Part shown: positions 36,148 through 48,504 of the stretch, piece after piece
Position numbering within the stretch: the stretch's first letter is position 1
Layout of the letters: each line of letters begins with the position of its first letter
NCBI RefSeq assembly: GCF_963921235.1
Contig: NC_086097.1
Location: forward strand, 42,534,001 to 42,598,000
Reading direction: 5' to 3'
DNA length: 64,000 nt
Source of the DNA: Mobula hypostoma
Taxonomy: Eukaryota
The notes under the pieces: generated by a model
Seen by the model: only the letters and a program-made list of their open reading frames with translations
What the model was told of the DNA's origin: nothing
Databases searched by the model: none
Program-made: the position numbers and the translations under genes

Positions 36148-39100
36148 CTTCATCAATCTCCTTTGCTCCATTTGATGCTAGCAAGGAACTCTCATTCCAC
36201 ATAAGCAGCAAGCAGGTCACTTTAGCCAAATGTGCCTAATCATCTTCTCATGACTTTCAATGCTCTGTTGATTTTTTCTCCATCAGTGTGCTGGAATCAC
36301 CACAGATTATGAACACTCCAGAGACAGCTATCCTGTGGCCGTGGGAACTGAGGCTGCATATCCATTGGGGTGTGACTCACCTCCTGATCCACAAACCTTT
36401 CCATTTTATGATTCATGCCAGGAGTATGATATTATTCCATCCATATCCCGACATGATTGCCGTTCCAACAGTATTCTACTAACCACCATCCAAGCCAAAG
36501 CAGCCCGTTTGATCAATGCACCACCTATCACTTTAAATATTTGTTCCGTCCACCGTCCATACAAAATGCCCAGAATGTGAACCAATTAGATGATGCACTA
36601 TAACAATTTATCAAATCTATTTTGGAGGGCACCTTCTTCCACCTGGATCAAAGGTGGCGATCACCTGTAAATTCCCCTTCAAGCCACACACTTTTCTAAC
36701 TTTGAAATATATTGCTCTGCCTGCATCATCACTGACTTATGGGCCTGGTACTTCCTACTCATCGCGGCAAAACCTTCAATGCAAGGAAGACAAGTTCCCC
36801 CCTGCAGCAGTGGCTCCGACTGGTTTTGCCAGTGTAGATGGAGTCCCACAAAAACATTTAAATGGAATTACATATTGTCGCTGGGCAAAAATATTACTTT
36901 CAGCAGTGATATCCGGATATCTAATCCAATGCTATATGTTTAAAGTAGCTTGCTCACAAATAAACAGGATGAAAAAGGACCTAGTACTTTCCTGGCGTAT
37001 ATGATGCATAAACTCTTCTTGGGCTTCCAGCTGGCTCCCAGTGTCAGAATAAATAGATCTCAGCCTTTATCTACACTTATTGTGAAGTCAGCACAGCATT
37101 GTTGAAAGCTTTCTCCAGGCAGAACTAGATGGACAATTTCATCTTTGTTCATCAGGTACTTAAAGCTATTGGATTTCACAAGACAAAGTGGTGCCTGGTT
37201 TCCTTGAAATGTGCTTGGTCGTGTCTTCAGTAATCACAAGATCCAGCTGTTTACACTTGTTCCACAAAACTCCAGTTGACACTAACCATTTCTCCACTTT
37301 GGCATTCTAGATGTTCAACAGTGTTAATTCTGGGTCCACGTGGTGCTGTTTCTTACTTCAGGACATATTCCATCATGTATTCTCCTGTTGCTGTTTCACA
37401 AAAATCGGTTAAACTGCACAAGAGTTTAACTAATCCCACATAGAACAACTAAGCCACTGCAATTGCCTCATTACTCTATTACAGCACAATGTTACTTTCA
37501 GCGGGTACAAAACACACTTAAATATTCTACTCAGCAATTCTTTCTAACATTTACCCTTCTTGTACAACAACTAAACTTAATGAGGAGATTGTTCCATAAC
37601 ATGTTGTGTGTTTGGAATGCTAAAGAGAAAGAAAAGCTTTACATTTTACACCCGGGAAATATGGTTTCCCTTGCATTGATCTTCTAGAACAAAGATAACA
37701 TTAACATTATTCTTTATAAATCAGCAGTTCAATCTGTAGGTGGAATAATTTGCTACTTGATTAAAATGCTGGTATGGAATTTGCTGGAAACTTAATACCT
37801 TTGCTGTTATTGGTGTATAAATACATTAGAAATGTGACAAGGGAAAGATATGCCCATCAGTTGTGAATCAACACAGATTACTGAGCAACCAGGAGCCCTT
37901 AACAGCTATTAGGCTCCCTGTTACTCCACACACGTATAATCTGTGGCTGAGTGTTGGGTGTAATATTCATTCTCAAATTCAGAGAGCAATTGAAACTGTG
38001 GTGTCTAACAGGCAGAAAGCTATTCCTATAGGTTTCTAAATTAGATTATTTATAAATTTTTTGCCATTCCTTTCTGCTTCATTTTTTTCTATTAATCCAC
38101 TTCTTTTTTACATACTTAACTTGTCACTAACACTTCTTCCATATTCTTTTCTCCTTTTGTTTCTTCAATTGGTTTTGTTTAAGGAGATGGACTGTTGGCC
38201 TTGTCATTCACTAGGGTCCCAGGTGCTTTGCTGAACTTACCATACCCTTATTAGTTCTCAGATCCAGCAGTAGTACAAACTCTTTTTACAGGTGACTGGA
38301 AAGGGAATTTAAAAATCTAATATAAAAGCCAGTGAAATGTCCAACACTACTGAATTCTGAGAGAATATAATATAATCTCTTTAGGTTTCTGGTACAAGTG
38401 TAAGAGCCAGAAAAAGTTCACTCCTTTGCCTCAGACCATGTTGCAATGTTGTCAGTGCACAGTGAAAATCTGTTCCTTTCCCTTTTGACAGCCATTCATT
38501 TTATCGGTCAAGCACGTAACACAGTGAGAGTAGGGCATATAATTAATACATGGATGTAGATTACGTAGGCAGGCCTCATTCGAATTATGGAACAATCTTG
38601 AAAACTCTTCTCTAAGATGGAACAGGATAATGTTATATTTGGTATTTACCATACCACAGATTTCCTTTTTGTAAAAAAGGTAAGGCACATCAGAGAGGGA
38701 TTTCAAACCATTCAGTCTGAAAGATACAACCCAATGTTCTACTCTAATAGTCTCTGAATCATACTGATTTGGAATTGGAATTGGTTTAGTTTCTAGTTGT
38801 TACAGGTGCCCATGATGTTGGAAAGTCTGGCAACAGTTGATATCCCTGTCTTGAATTCTAATGACAGTATGAATGTTTTATTCTTTTCAATTTTAAGAGC
38901 CTTGGGGATGGGTAATTTAATGAATTTCTGTATGTAGTTCAAGAAGTGCATGTATTTTATTATCGTATATATTAAACTACTTAAAGATTTTGTGTATTTG
39001 CTGAGGCCTAAAAAAAATCACTTGATTTCTGGGGCTTTGGAATGGACAATTCTTCCAGCAAACATGTATTTATTCATTATTGATAATTATCTAATCTTTT

Positions 39101-39902
39101 AATGTTACATTTGACTACATTTCAATTTTATATTCAGGTGGAGAAGTGATTCAAAAATTTAATCTAACACCCACTTAACTGGAAAAGCTGCTCTGGATAC
39201 ATTCCATGAATTGGAAAAAAGAATATTCGAATAATGATTGAAATAAATGTCTTAAAATACTTCTAACTGGGCTACAGGAAGTAATTATTTTAACCCAATT
39301 TTGTTCTGAAGCCAAGTTTTGAAGTGTTGTTTTATCAGTTAATTATTGCAGCTCCAAATCATTAAGCTTCCCAGTAATTAGGAACAACACATTTAGTATA
39401 AGCTGACAAGCTGTCATTAAAAGTCTTTATGCAGAAGAATGAAATAAGAGTCAGATTGTCCTTAACACACTACTGTCAATTCATCACCAGTTTTTCCTTT
39501 CACTTTCTTAAAGACACAGCAATAGCCTATATGTTTGTAGATCAGAGCCCAGCCACATAATGACTAATACAGCTAATTAGAATGTATCCAAAATAAGCAA
39601 TTTAATATTCTTAATAAATAAAACAATAAAGTCCTGTTTTAGATAAATATATCAACCACTCCACTTTGATGGAAACTCTTTGGATGTGAAAATCTTTGAG
39701 ATGTTCTGCTGTTGCAAATTCTCCAAATGGCCATCTAAGAGAGTTGTAAAGCTCCATCCATGTTGCTGAGTTTTTCAAGTATTCCTCTTGCCTGTTCCAT
39801 TAATCCCTCAATTCTACCCAACTGCCTTCTTTACTGCAGCTCAAGACAATGTCGAATTAAGGCAATGTGTGAACCAATCAAAACCTGCATAAATTTGCAG
39901 AC

Positions 39903-41257
39903 AACACACAAAAAATACTGGTGGACGCAGCAGGCCAGGCAGCATCTCTAGGAAGAGGTACAGTCAACGTTTCGGGCCAAGACCCTTCGTCAAGACTAAC
40001 TGAAAGAAAAGATAGTAAGAGATCTGAAAGTGGGAGGGGGAGGGGGAGACCTGAAATGATAGGAGAAGACAGGAGGGGGAGGAATGAAGCTAAGAGCTGG
40101 AAAGTTGGTTGGCAAAAGGGATACAGAGTTGGAGAAGGGGAAGGATCATGGGAAGCCTAGGGAGAAAGAAAGGGGGAGGGGAGCACCAGAGGAAAATGGA
40201 GAGCAGGCAACCCCTTTCTTGATCCATTTCCAACACCTCCCTCCCCTTTCTTGATCTTTCTGTCTCTGTCTCTGGAGACAGCTTATCTGCTGATGTCTAC
40301 TATAAGCCTACGGACTCTCACAGCTATCTGGACTATTCCTCTTCCCACCCTGTCTCTTGCAAAAACGCCATTCCCGTCTCGCAATTCCTTCGTCTCCACC
40401 GCATCTGCTGTCAGGATGAGGCTTTTCATTCCAGAATGAAGGAGATGTCCTCCTTTTTTAAAGAAAGGGGCTTCCTTTCCTCCACCATCAACTCTGCTCT
40501 CAAACGCATCTCTCCCATTTCATGCACATCTGCACTCACTCCATCCTCCCGCCACCCCACTAGGAATAGGGTTCCCCTGGTCCTCACCTATCACCCCACC
40601 AGCCTCCGGGTCCAACATATTATTCTCCGTAACTTCCGCCACCTCCAACAGGATCCCACCACTAAACGCATCTTTCCCTCCCTCCCCCCGTCTGCTTTTC
40701 ACAGGGATCGCTCCCTACGCAACTCCTTTGTCCATTTGTTCTCCCCCCATCCCTTGCCACCGATCTCCCTCCCAGCACTTATCCGTGTAAGCGTAACAAG
40801 TGCTACACATGCCCTTACACTTCCTCCCTCACCACCATTCAGGGCCCCAGACAGTCCTTCCAGGTGAGGCAACACTACACCTGTGAGTCAGCTGGGGTGA
40901 TATACTGCGTCCGGTGCTCCCAATTAGTCCTTCTATATATTGGTGTGACCCAACACAGACTGGGAGACCGCTTCGCTGAACACGTACACTCTGTCCGCCA
41001 GAGAAAGCAGGATCTCCCAGTGGCCACACATTTTAATTCCACGTCCCATTCCCATTCTGATATGTCTATCCATGGCCTCCTCTACTGACAAGATGGAACC
41101 ACACTCAGGTTGGAGGAACAACACCTTATATTCCGTTTGGGTAGCCTCCAACCTGATAGCATGAACATCGATTTCTCTAACTTCCATTAATGCCCCTCCT
41201 TCCCTTCATACCCTATCATTCATTCATTCATTCATTTATTTATTTATTTTTCCTTTT

Positions 41258-41302
<45 letters not shown>

Positions 41303-41662
41303 CTCTCTCTGTCCCTCTCACAATAACTCCTTGCCTGCTCTCCATCCTCTCGGCTTCCCTCCCACTTTCTTTCTCCCTAGGCCTCCCATCCCATGATCCT
41401 CTCCCTTCTCCAGCCTTAGATCCCTTTTACCAATCAACTTTCCAGCTCTTAGCTTCATCCCTCCCCCCCCCATCTTTTCGGATCACCCCCCCCCCTCCCA
41501 CTTTCAAATCTCTTACTATCTTCTTTCAGTTAGTTCTGACTAGGGGTCTCGGCCCGAAACGTTGACTGTACTTCTTCCTATAGATGCTGCCTGGCCTGCT
41601 GTGTTCCACCAGCATTTTGTGCGTCTGCTTGAATTTCCAGCATCTGCAGATTTCCTCATGTT
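39903..41662 (+). mobile_element. Neptune-type PLE with an inverted 5' terminal repeat
   Basis: TSD TAAATTTGCAGAC at 39890-39902 and 41663-41675. Inverted repeat at 39903-40210. RT end (LPFLDL..YYKPTDSHSYLDYSSSHP), Cys linker and GIY-YIG (ORF 40864-41088). Mutated hammerheads at 39962-39997 (-) and 41532-41567 (+). Confidence 0.92.
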
Positions 41663-42019
41663 TAAATTTGCAGACTATCTGTTTGTTCCTGCTTCCAGCT
41701 AGTCAGGCCAACATCTGACTCAAAGTTACATTGTTTCCTACCTGGATCATACACAGCAGCTGGAGTAAAGTTATTAAGACTGACAGTAAAAAAATGTGAA
41801 AAATAATGTTAACATTCAAAGTTTAAGTAGGGCAACAGGGTCAAACTGTCACCTTACTCTCACTGGCCTCTAATTCTTATTCTTACAGTGAGAATTACTC
41901 TATTTGCAATCTGCTGCATGTAATTTCCATTTCAGCAATATATCTTAATTGACTTAATGAACTACATGTTTCACGATCTTCTGAAGGACTCGGCAGACTA
42001 AACTCTCAAGCAAGAGGGC

Positions 42020-43020
42020 ATGGCACCTTTAAGCAGATGAAGGTTCATACCATAGCCAGAAGTGAGGTGGGTGGAGGACTCCAGGCCAGGATGAAACACA
42101 GAGAAATGAGACTCCCTCTACCCAGCATCTTGTTAGCAGATGTGTAGTAGCTGGAGAACAAAATTGAGGACCTGAGGGCAAGATTACTGTATTGAAGGAA
42201 AATGTGAGATTGTTGTGTTCTGCATGCATCTGAGACATGGCTTACTCTCGGCACACCAGATACAGTGATCATACCTGAAGGCTTCTCAATTCACAGGATG
42301 AACCGAACTGCTGTTTCTGAAAAGGCAAAATGTGAAGGTGTGTGTTTCATGATAGGTTCTTGGTGGTGCTTCGATGCTCTCAGTTTTGTCAATCCCATGT
42401 TCTGCTTACCAATGTAGTTCTCCTCCATATTCCTAACCACAGCTTACATACCACCAGTGGCCAACAATAATCAAGCAAGTGAGATACTGCATGATGCTGT
42501 TCTCAAACAAGAAACAGTCCATCCCAACGCTCTCAAATCATTGTTGTAGACTTCAACCATGCTTGCTTGAAGAAATCCCTGCCCAATTATCATCAGCATA
42601 TAACCTGTAGCACCAGAGGTCCCAACACACTAGACCATTGTTATACTAAGATAAGGAATACCTACTGTTCCATACTCAGACCACATTTCAGTAGATCAGA
42701 TCACTTGGCTGGCCTCCTTCTACCTGCACTCAGGCAGAGGCTAAAGAGCAAAGCTCCAGAGATTAGGACAACAAAGAGGTGGTGACGAAGAGGAGCGGCT
42801 ATGGGATTGCTTCGAGTCAGTGGACTGGGTCATGTAAACAGGACTTATCTATGGATCTGAATGAATACACCATGGTTATCACAGACTTCAGTGGTGGAGA
42901 GTACTTTGACTGGCTGTATCACAGTGGTGGAGAGTATATTGACTGGCTGTATGGAAACACCAGTGCCCTTGAACAGAAACTACAAAACATAGTGGACATA
43001 TTCCAGTCTAGCACAGGTAA
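42020..43020 (+). mobile_element. Rex1/Babar fragment with APE endonuclease
   Basis: DFNHACLKKSLPNYHQHITCSTRGPNTLDHCY...HFSRSDH; a ~33-bp tandem duplication at ~42889-42951. Confidence 0.85.
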
Positions 43021-43029
43021 AGCCTTCTC

Positions 43030-43760
43030 CATCAGGATGTTCCTACAGAGTGGCTACAAGCCAAAGGAAGTCAATTGGGCCCTTAAAAGGGCTGACAGAA
43101 AAATCAGGAAACCTAACAATGAGGAAGAACCCATCACTACCCCCTGTCTTCCCTATATTTCCACAGTTTCTGGAAGAAATACTTGATTAATACTCTCCAC
43201 AAACCCATAAGGAAGCTCAAATCCTAGCTTATGTGGTTCACAGGTAACCTGGGACTCAGGACAGCTGCTGTTTACAGGATTAGATGTGAATGTAAAACAA
43301 TGTCTATCGGCAAGGCGGGAACCCACATCAAGGAGCACAGGAGGTGTATCAGTTTGGGTTACCCAGAGAAGTCGTCAGTAGCAGAACACTGCATATGCAA
43401 TGACCACAGGATCGATTTCAATGGCCCTAAACTACTGTTTCGCGCCAATGGCTTTTGGAACCACCTGGTGAAGGAAGCCATTGAAATAAGACTAGAGAAT
43501 AAGAATTTTAACAAAGATGTAGGTCTCGCTCCAAGTAAGAACGGAATACAATTTTAAACTAGGTGGGATAGCAGAAACCTGATTGGTTGAGGACTAACCA
43601 GTCAGGACGGACAGACAATGGAATTGGATTATATGTATCACCTGACTAGACATGCCTGATGAAGATGGCAGAGCCTGTCATCAAAACATCAGTTAAAATT
43701 GCCACATGTACCTGCTGGAAGACCGAGAAGAGTTTGTACATCATATATGCCAGGAAAACA
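43030..43760 (+). mobile_element. Poseidon/Penelope-clade PLE 3' fragment
   Basis: FLQSGYK..CLPYISTVSG; AVYRIRCEC..HIKEHRR..SSVAEHC..HRIDF..KEAIEI..NFNKDVG (GIY-YIG, ORF 43231-43557). Confidence 0.85.
43652..43694 (+). ncRNA. Decayed hammerhead ribozyme with an 8-bp stem II
   Basis: CTGATGA A GATGGCAG AGC CTGTCATC AAAA CATC; two CpG>CpA changes convert GAAACGTC into AAAACATC. Confidence 0.6.
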
Positions 43761-44107
43761 CTAGATCCTATTTCAGAAGCAGATATGATAGTAACTTTTA
43801 AAAGGGGAGGTCTTGTTGATAGTGAAATTGCAAAGAGATCTTGATCAATTGAGGAGCTTGGATAGGTGTGAGGTGACGCATTTTGGACATTCAAACCCAG
43901 GGTAGCATTGATACAGTGAATAACAAAGCACCAACAAGTGTTGTGAAACAGAGGGACCTTGGAGTGCAAGTGCATAGTTCACTTAAAAAGGCTGGGCAAG
44001 TCAACAGGGCAGTGAAGAAGAAATTTAGTGTACTGACCTTCGTCAATCAGGGCATAATTTTGCAAATATACAAGATGTTGGTGAAATGGCACTTTGAATA
44101 TTATGCA

Positions 44108-44470
44108 CAGACTGTGAAAATGGGGGACATCTCCCTCTCCCTTGCCAGGGAGAGAGAGAACCTGTGGGTTACCGAATGCTGGATGAATTGCGATAGTCTT
44201 TGGGGTAACTGCAAGGTCTGTGTCTTTGCTATCGCTTAGCTCACGCTTGTGCTCGGTAGTGGGTGTGCTTTTTTGTTTTGCCACTGGGGGGAGGGGGGAT
44301 TGTCCCTCACTTACGCACTGGAGGGAGGAGCTAGGGGGGTACTTTGGGGTCCTCATGTTTAACTGTCGTTCATTCTTTGGGGCACTTCTCTGTTTTCATG
44401 GACGTTTGTGAAGAAAAAGCATTTCAGGGTGTATATTGTATACATTTCTCTGACATTCAATTGAACCTTT
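44108..44470 (+). mobile_element. Non-autonomous retroposon with (TTGAACC)-type tail; second copy at ~50380-51040
   Basis: Clear similarity to 50650-51035 (CTGCAAG(G)TCTGTGTCTTTGCTAT...CATTCTTTGGGGCACTTCT...TGTATACATTTCT). Confidence 0.7.
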
Positions 44471-44667
44471 GAGATTTGGTCACTCTGTTATAAAATATAG
44501 TCAGGCTGGACAAGGTATCCTTGTAAATTTCTTTACAAGGATGCTGTCTGGACTGGATTATATGGGTTATATGGGGAGGTTTGCCACACTGAATTTTTAT
44601 TCTCTGAAGCCTAGGAAAATGACAGGAGACCTCAGAGGAGTTTATAAAATCATGAGGGGTAGTAAAT

Positions 44668-45405
44668 CACCAACAAGAGAAAACCTGCTGGTGCTGGAAA
44701 TCCAAAGCAACATACACAAAATGCTGGAGAAACTGAGCAGGCCAGGCAACACCTATGGAAAAGAGTAAGTTGTCATGGTTTAGAGCTGAGACCCTTCAGC
44801 AAGACTGGAAAGGAAAGGGGAAGAAGTCAGAATAAGAAGGTGGGCAGGGAGAAGGAAGAAGTACAAGGTGGCAGGTGATAGGTGAAATCAGAAGAGGGGA
44901 GGGGTTGAAGCAAAGAGCTGGGAAGTTGATTGGTGAAAGAGATGGGGCTGGAGAAGGAGGAACCTGATAGAAGAGGACAGAAGAGCCTTAAACAAAGAGA
45001 TGGGGGAGGAGCACTAGAGGGAGATGATGGGCAGGTAAGAAGAGAAGATGTGAGAGGGAAATACAAATGGGAATTGGTGAAGGACAGGAGGTCAGAGAAG
45101 TACGAGCAATCAATGTTCATGCCATCAGGTTGGTGGCTACTCAAGCAGAATATGAGGTGTTGCTCCTTTAACATGAGTGTGGCCTTATCGTGGCAGTAGA
45201 GGAGGCTATGGACTGACATGTCAGAATAGGAATGGGAAGAAGAACCGAAATGGGTGGCCACCAAGAAATCCCACTTTTTGAGGCAGACAGAACAAAGATA
45301 TTCAACGAAGCAGTCTCCCAATCTACGTTGGGCCTCACTAATATACAGATGGCCACACCAGGAGCACAGGATACAATAAATGACCCCAACAGACTCACAG
45401 GTGAA
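44668..45405 (-). mobile_element. Older Neptune-type PLE 3' fragment
   Basis: GDCFVEYLCSV..VATHFGSSSHSYSDMSVHSLL..EQHLIF (ORF 44827-45321); decayed terminal repeat. Confidence 0.85.
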
Positions 45406-45419
45406 GATGGACAGTCATA

Positions 45420-45810
45420 GTCTTTACCGCAAGATTTGTTCATTATGTACCATGTCATATGACATGGGCAATCATGGTCTTTCCATGACCATAGTTGTTC
45501 TTGGCAAATTTTTCTACAGAAGTGGTTTGCCATCGCCTTCTTCTGGGCAGTGTCTTTATAAGACAAGTGACCCCAGCCATGATCAATACTCTTCAGTGAT
45601 TTTCTGCCTGGCATCAGTGGTCACATAAACAAGACTTGTGATACTCACCAGCTGCTCACACAACCATCCACCACTTGCTCCCATGGCTTCATGTGACTCG
45701 GATTGGGCGGCTAAACAGGTGCTACACCCTTGCCCAAGGTGACCTGCAGGCTAGTGGAGGGAAGAATTACACCTCCTTTGGTAGAGACGTATCTCCACCC
45801 CACCTCCCCA
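45420..45810 (-). mobile_element. Non-autonomous element, probably RTE-associated
   Basis: GGCAAACCACT motif, 3' stem-loops, no ORF; sits between the PLE and the resumed CR1. Confidence 0.45.
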
Positions 45811-46334
45811 CCATAGGATTGGGGAGTCCAAAACTAGAAGGCACAGGTACAAGATAAGAGGGAAGAGGTTTAAAGAGATCTCAGAGGTAAATATTTATGT
45901 AGCGAATACCTGGAATGTGCTGCCAGAGGAAGTGGGAGAGGCAGGTACAATTGAAACATCTGAGAGGCATTTAGATAGGTACATGGAAGAGAAGGGCTTT
46001 GAAGGTCATGGGTCAAATGCAGGCAATTAGGACTAGCAGGGAGGATATTGTGGTTACCATTGACCAGTCAGACTGAAGGACATGTGTCTGTGATGTATTA
46101 CTTACACTATGATTCCAAGCACTTACGCAGGCACATACAACAGGCAGGAAACGGAGGGATATTGACCACATGTAGGAAGATGGGATTTAAGTTTAAGTTG
46201 ACATCATGGTTGGCACAGATATCTTGGACCAAGGCCTGTTCCTGTGACACACTTTCACATGTTCCATATTCTACAAATGATAAGGACAATTATCCCCTAT
46301 GTCCTTACCGGAGCAGCCACACCCTGTAAACATT

Positions 46335-46740
46335 AGAGTATAGAAGAATGAGAGGGGATCTCATAGAAACATTTCGAATGTTGAAAGGGTTGGACAGAGT
46401 AGATGTGGAAAGGTTGTTTCCCTTGGTGGGTGAGTCCAGGACAAGTGGCCATAGTCTTAGGATTAGAAGGTACCCAGTTAAAACAGAGATGAGGAGAAAT
46501 TTTTTTAGCCAGAGGGTCGTGGATTTGTGGAATTCGTTGCCACATACAGCTGTGGAGGCCCGATCATTGAGGGTGTTTAAGGAGGAGATTGACAGGTATC
46601 TAATTAGTCAGGGTATCAAGGGATATGGGGAAAAAGCCGGAAATTGGAACTAGATGGGTGAATAGTTTAGCTCATGGGGGAGCTGCGGAGCAGACTCGAT
46701 GGGCCGAATGGTCTACTTCTGCTCCTTTGTCTTGTCTTGT
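46335..46740 (+). mobile_element. Young CR1 3' end
   Basis: Uninterrupted ORF 46348-46653 (MRGDLIETFRMLKGLDRVD...RRNFFSQRVVDLWNSLP); (TCTTG) tail. Confidence 0.92.
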
Positions 46741-48504
46741 GAAACTATTTACAGTTTTTGATAACAATTAGCCACCTTTAAAACCTATAGATTGAATTGA
46801 AACAGAAATCAAAGATTTTTAAAAATTTTCTAAGGGACTTCCCCAATTGAAATAAACATTAAAAATGTAAAAAATACAAATTTTAAATCCTAATCCATAT
46901 ATAAAATCATCAAAATATACTAAAGTAACTCGACTTCATGTTTTTTCTCAGTTGGATTGGAATGGGGTTTCTGCTTATTCACCCAAACTACTCCAACACA
47001 GCAATGAAGATGCAATAGGCTTCTCTCCTCAAAATAACACCAATGTTCCAGTGGCTTTAGTTATAAATCCAGCAAGGGAGTTCAGATTTTGTGACAGGTG
47101 ATCTCTTGCTTCTCTATAAGTTGTACACTTCATTAGGCAATTAGAGAGCTGAACACAGATAGAGATGCCTGGTAGCTCCTCTGGCAGTTCCAGTTGGATC
47201 ATCTTCTGTACTCTTCTAACCAGTGGATTACACATCATAAAAACTAATGTTTCTCATGCCATCTCTGTTTCCTTTAAGAATCCTTGACTTCAGGAAGCAG
47301 TTTTAACTGTTTCGTTCTATCAAAAGTCTTCAATACTCTGAATATTTCTGTCAAATCTCCATTCTGTGCAAAAGCATAGGTGTATTTAATCTCACAACAA
47401 TTAAAGTCATTCAAACCTTGTAACTTTTTTTTTCTGCCAACTCTCATAGGTTTTGCCATCCTTCTAAGTATTTGGTGCCCAGTGCAGGAGACATGATCCT
47501 AGCAGGGGCCTTACCAATGTTTTCTAAAAGCTTAGCACAATGTTCTTGATTTTGCATGAAATGCCTTTATTAGTATAGCCAAAAGCTGTATTCGTATATA
47601 ATTTCAATAGCCTCCTCATATTGTTCAAGATCTGTAGATCCACCAGCATCCCTCCCCTAAAGTTAATCTATTCCAACTCTCCTTTTAAAACTGTACCATC
47701 TCTGAATAGCAAAACGAATGGATTCAAACACCTTTGTGCTGAGTTTCATTACCCACGCGTCTCTCCATTTCTATATCCTCTAGAAATCTTTCTATTCTCC
47801 TCCTCACAATATCTCCAAGCAGACTTTGGAACAATGACCTGCATACCCACATTGTATCTATCAACAGACATCAAAAAGAACAATGGGAATAGGAGCACAT
47901 TTCCTTCCCCTCTGAAAAACAAATTATATGCTTTGCAGCTGGTTTGCTCTGTGGACGGAGTTGCAGAAGTCTCATTGCTAATTCTATTGGCACATTCTTT
48001 CTACATGATAATAGTAACAACTGATTCTGTTGGGAACACATTAGTAGTTACACAGTCCCTAAAGACATCCAGAAAGATTAGAAAGTATTGCCAATATTTT
48101 CTCAATTGACTCCTTAGCCTCTGGAGAAAAACTAAAGTGACAAAAAGAACGTGAGAAAACAAAGCTTAATAAGAATATACAGTATCTCTGATCTGAGGTA
48201 CTTTTCACAACAATGTGCCTGTGTTTAATGACAAAACCAGAAATATGCTTGTCCTCTAATCCTGATCTTTGTGGTGTTTTGTATTCACAGAATCATACAA
48301 CATGGAAACAGCTTACTCAACCGAATCCCTCAGTATTATGCAAGCAAGTGTTAAATATGGAACATCAGTTTCTTATCAAAAGGAGCATTGTCCATGAAAT
48401 AACAATAGAGAACATCAGAAATTAAGGCAGCAGTGATCCACCTAGGCAGTATGGTAAAGTTCAAATTATATACAGTAGCAGGCATTTTCCGACAACTGCG
48501 CTAC

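Larger units (their letters stand above)
43830..46110 (+). mobile_element. Old CR1 3' region fragmented by three later insertions
   Basis: QRDLGVQVHSSLK, FTRMLSGL, GDLRGVYKIMRG; resumes at ~45815 (TRRHRYKIRG). Confidence 0.7.

Noticed and set aside
47200..48109. 162-aa ORF 47621-48109
   Set aside because: Appears to be an antisense reading of a very old CR1 remnant; similar faint remnants lie at ~2760-3400, ~52900-54250 and ~58300-58800.
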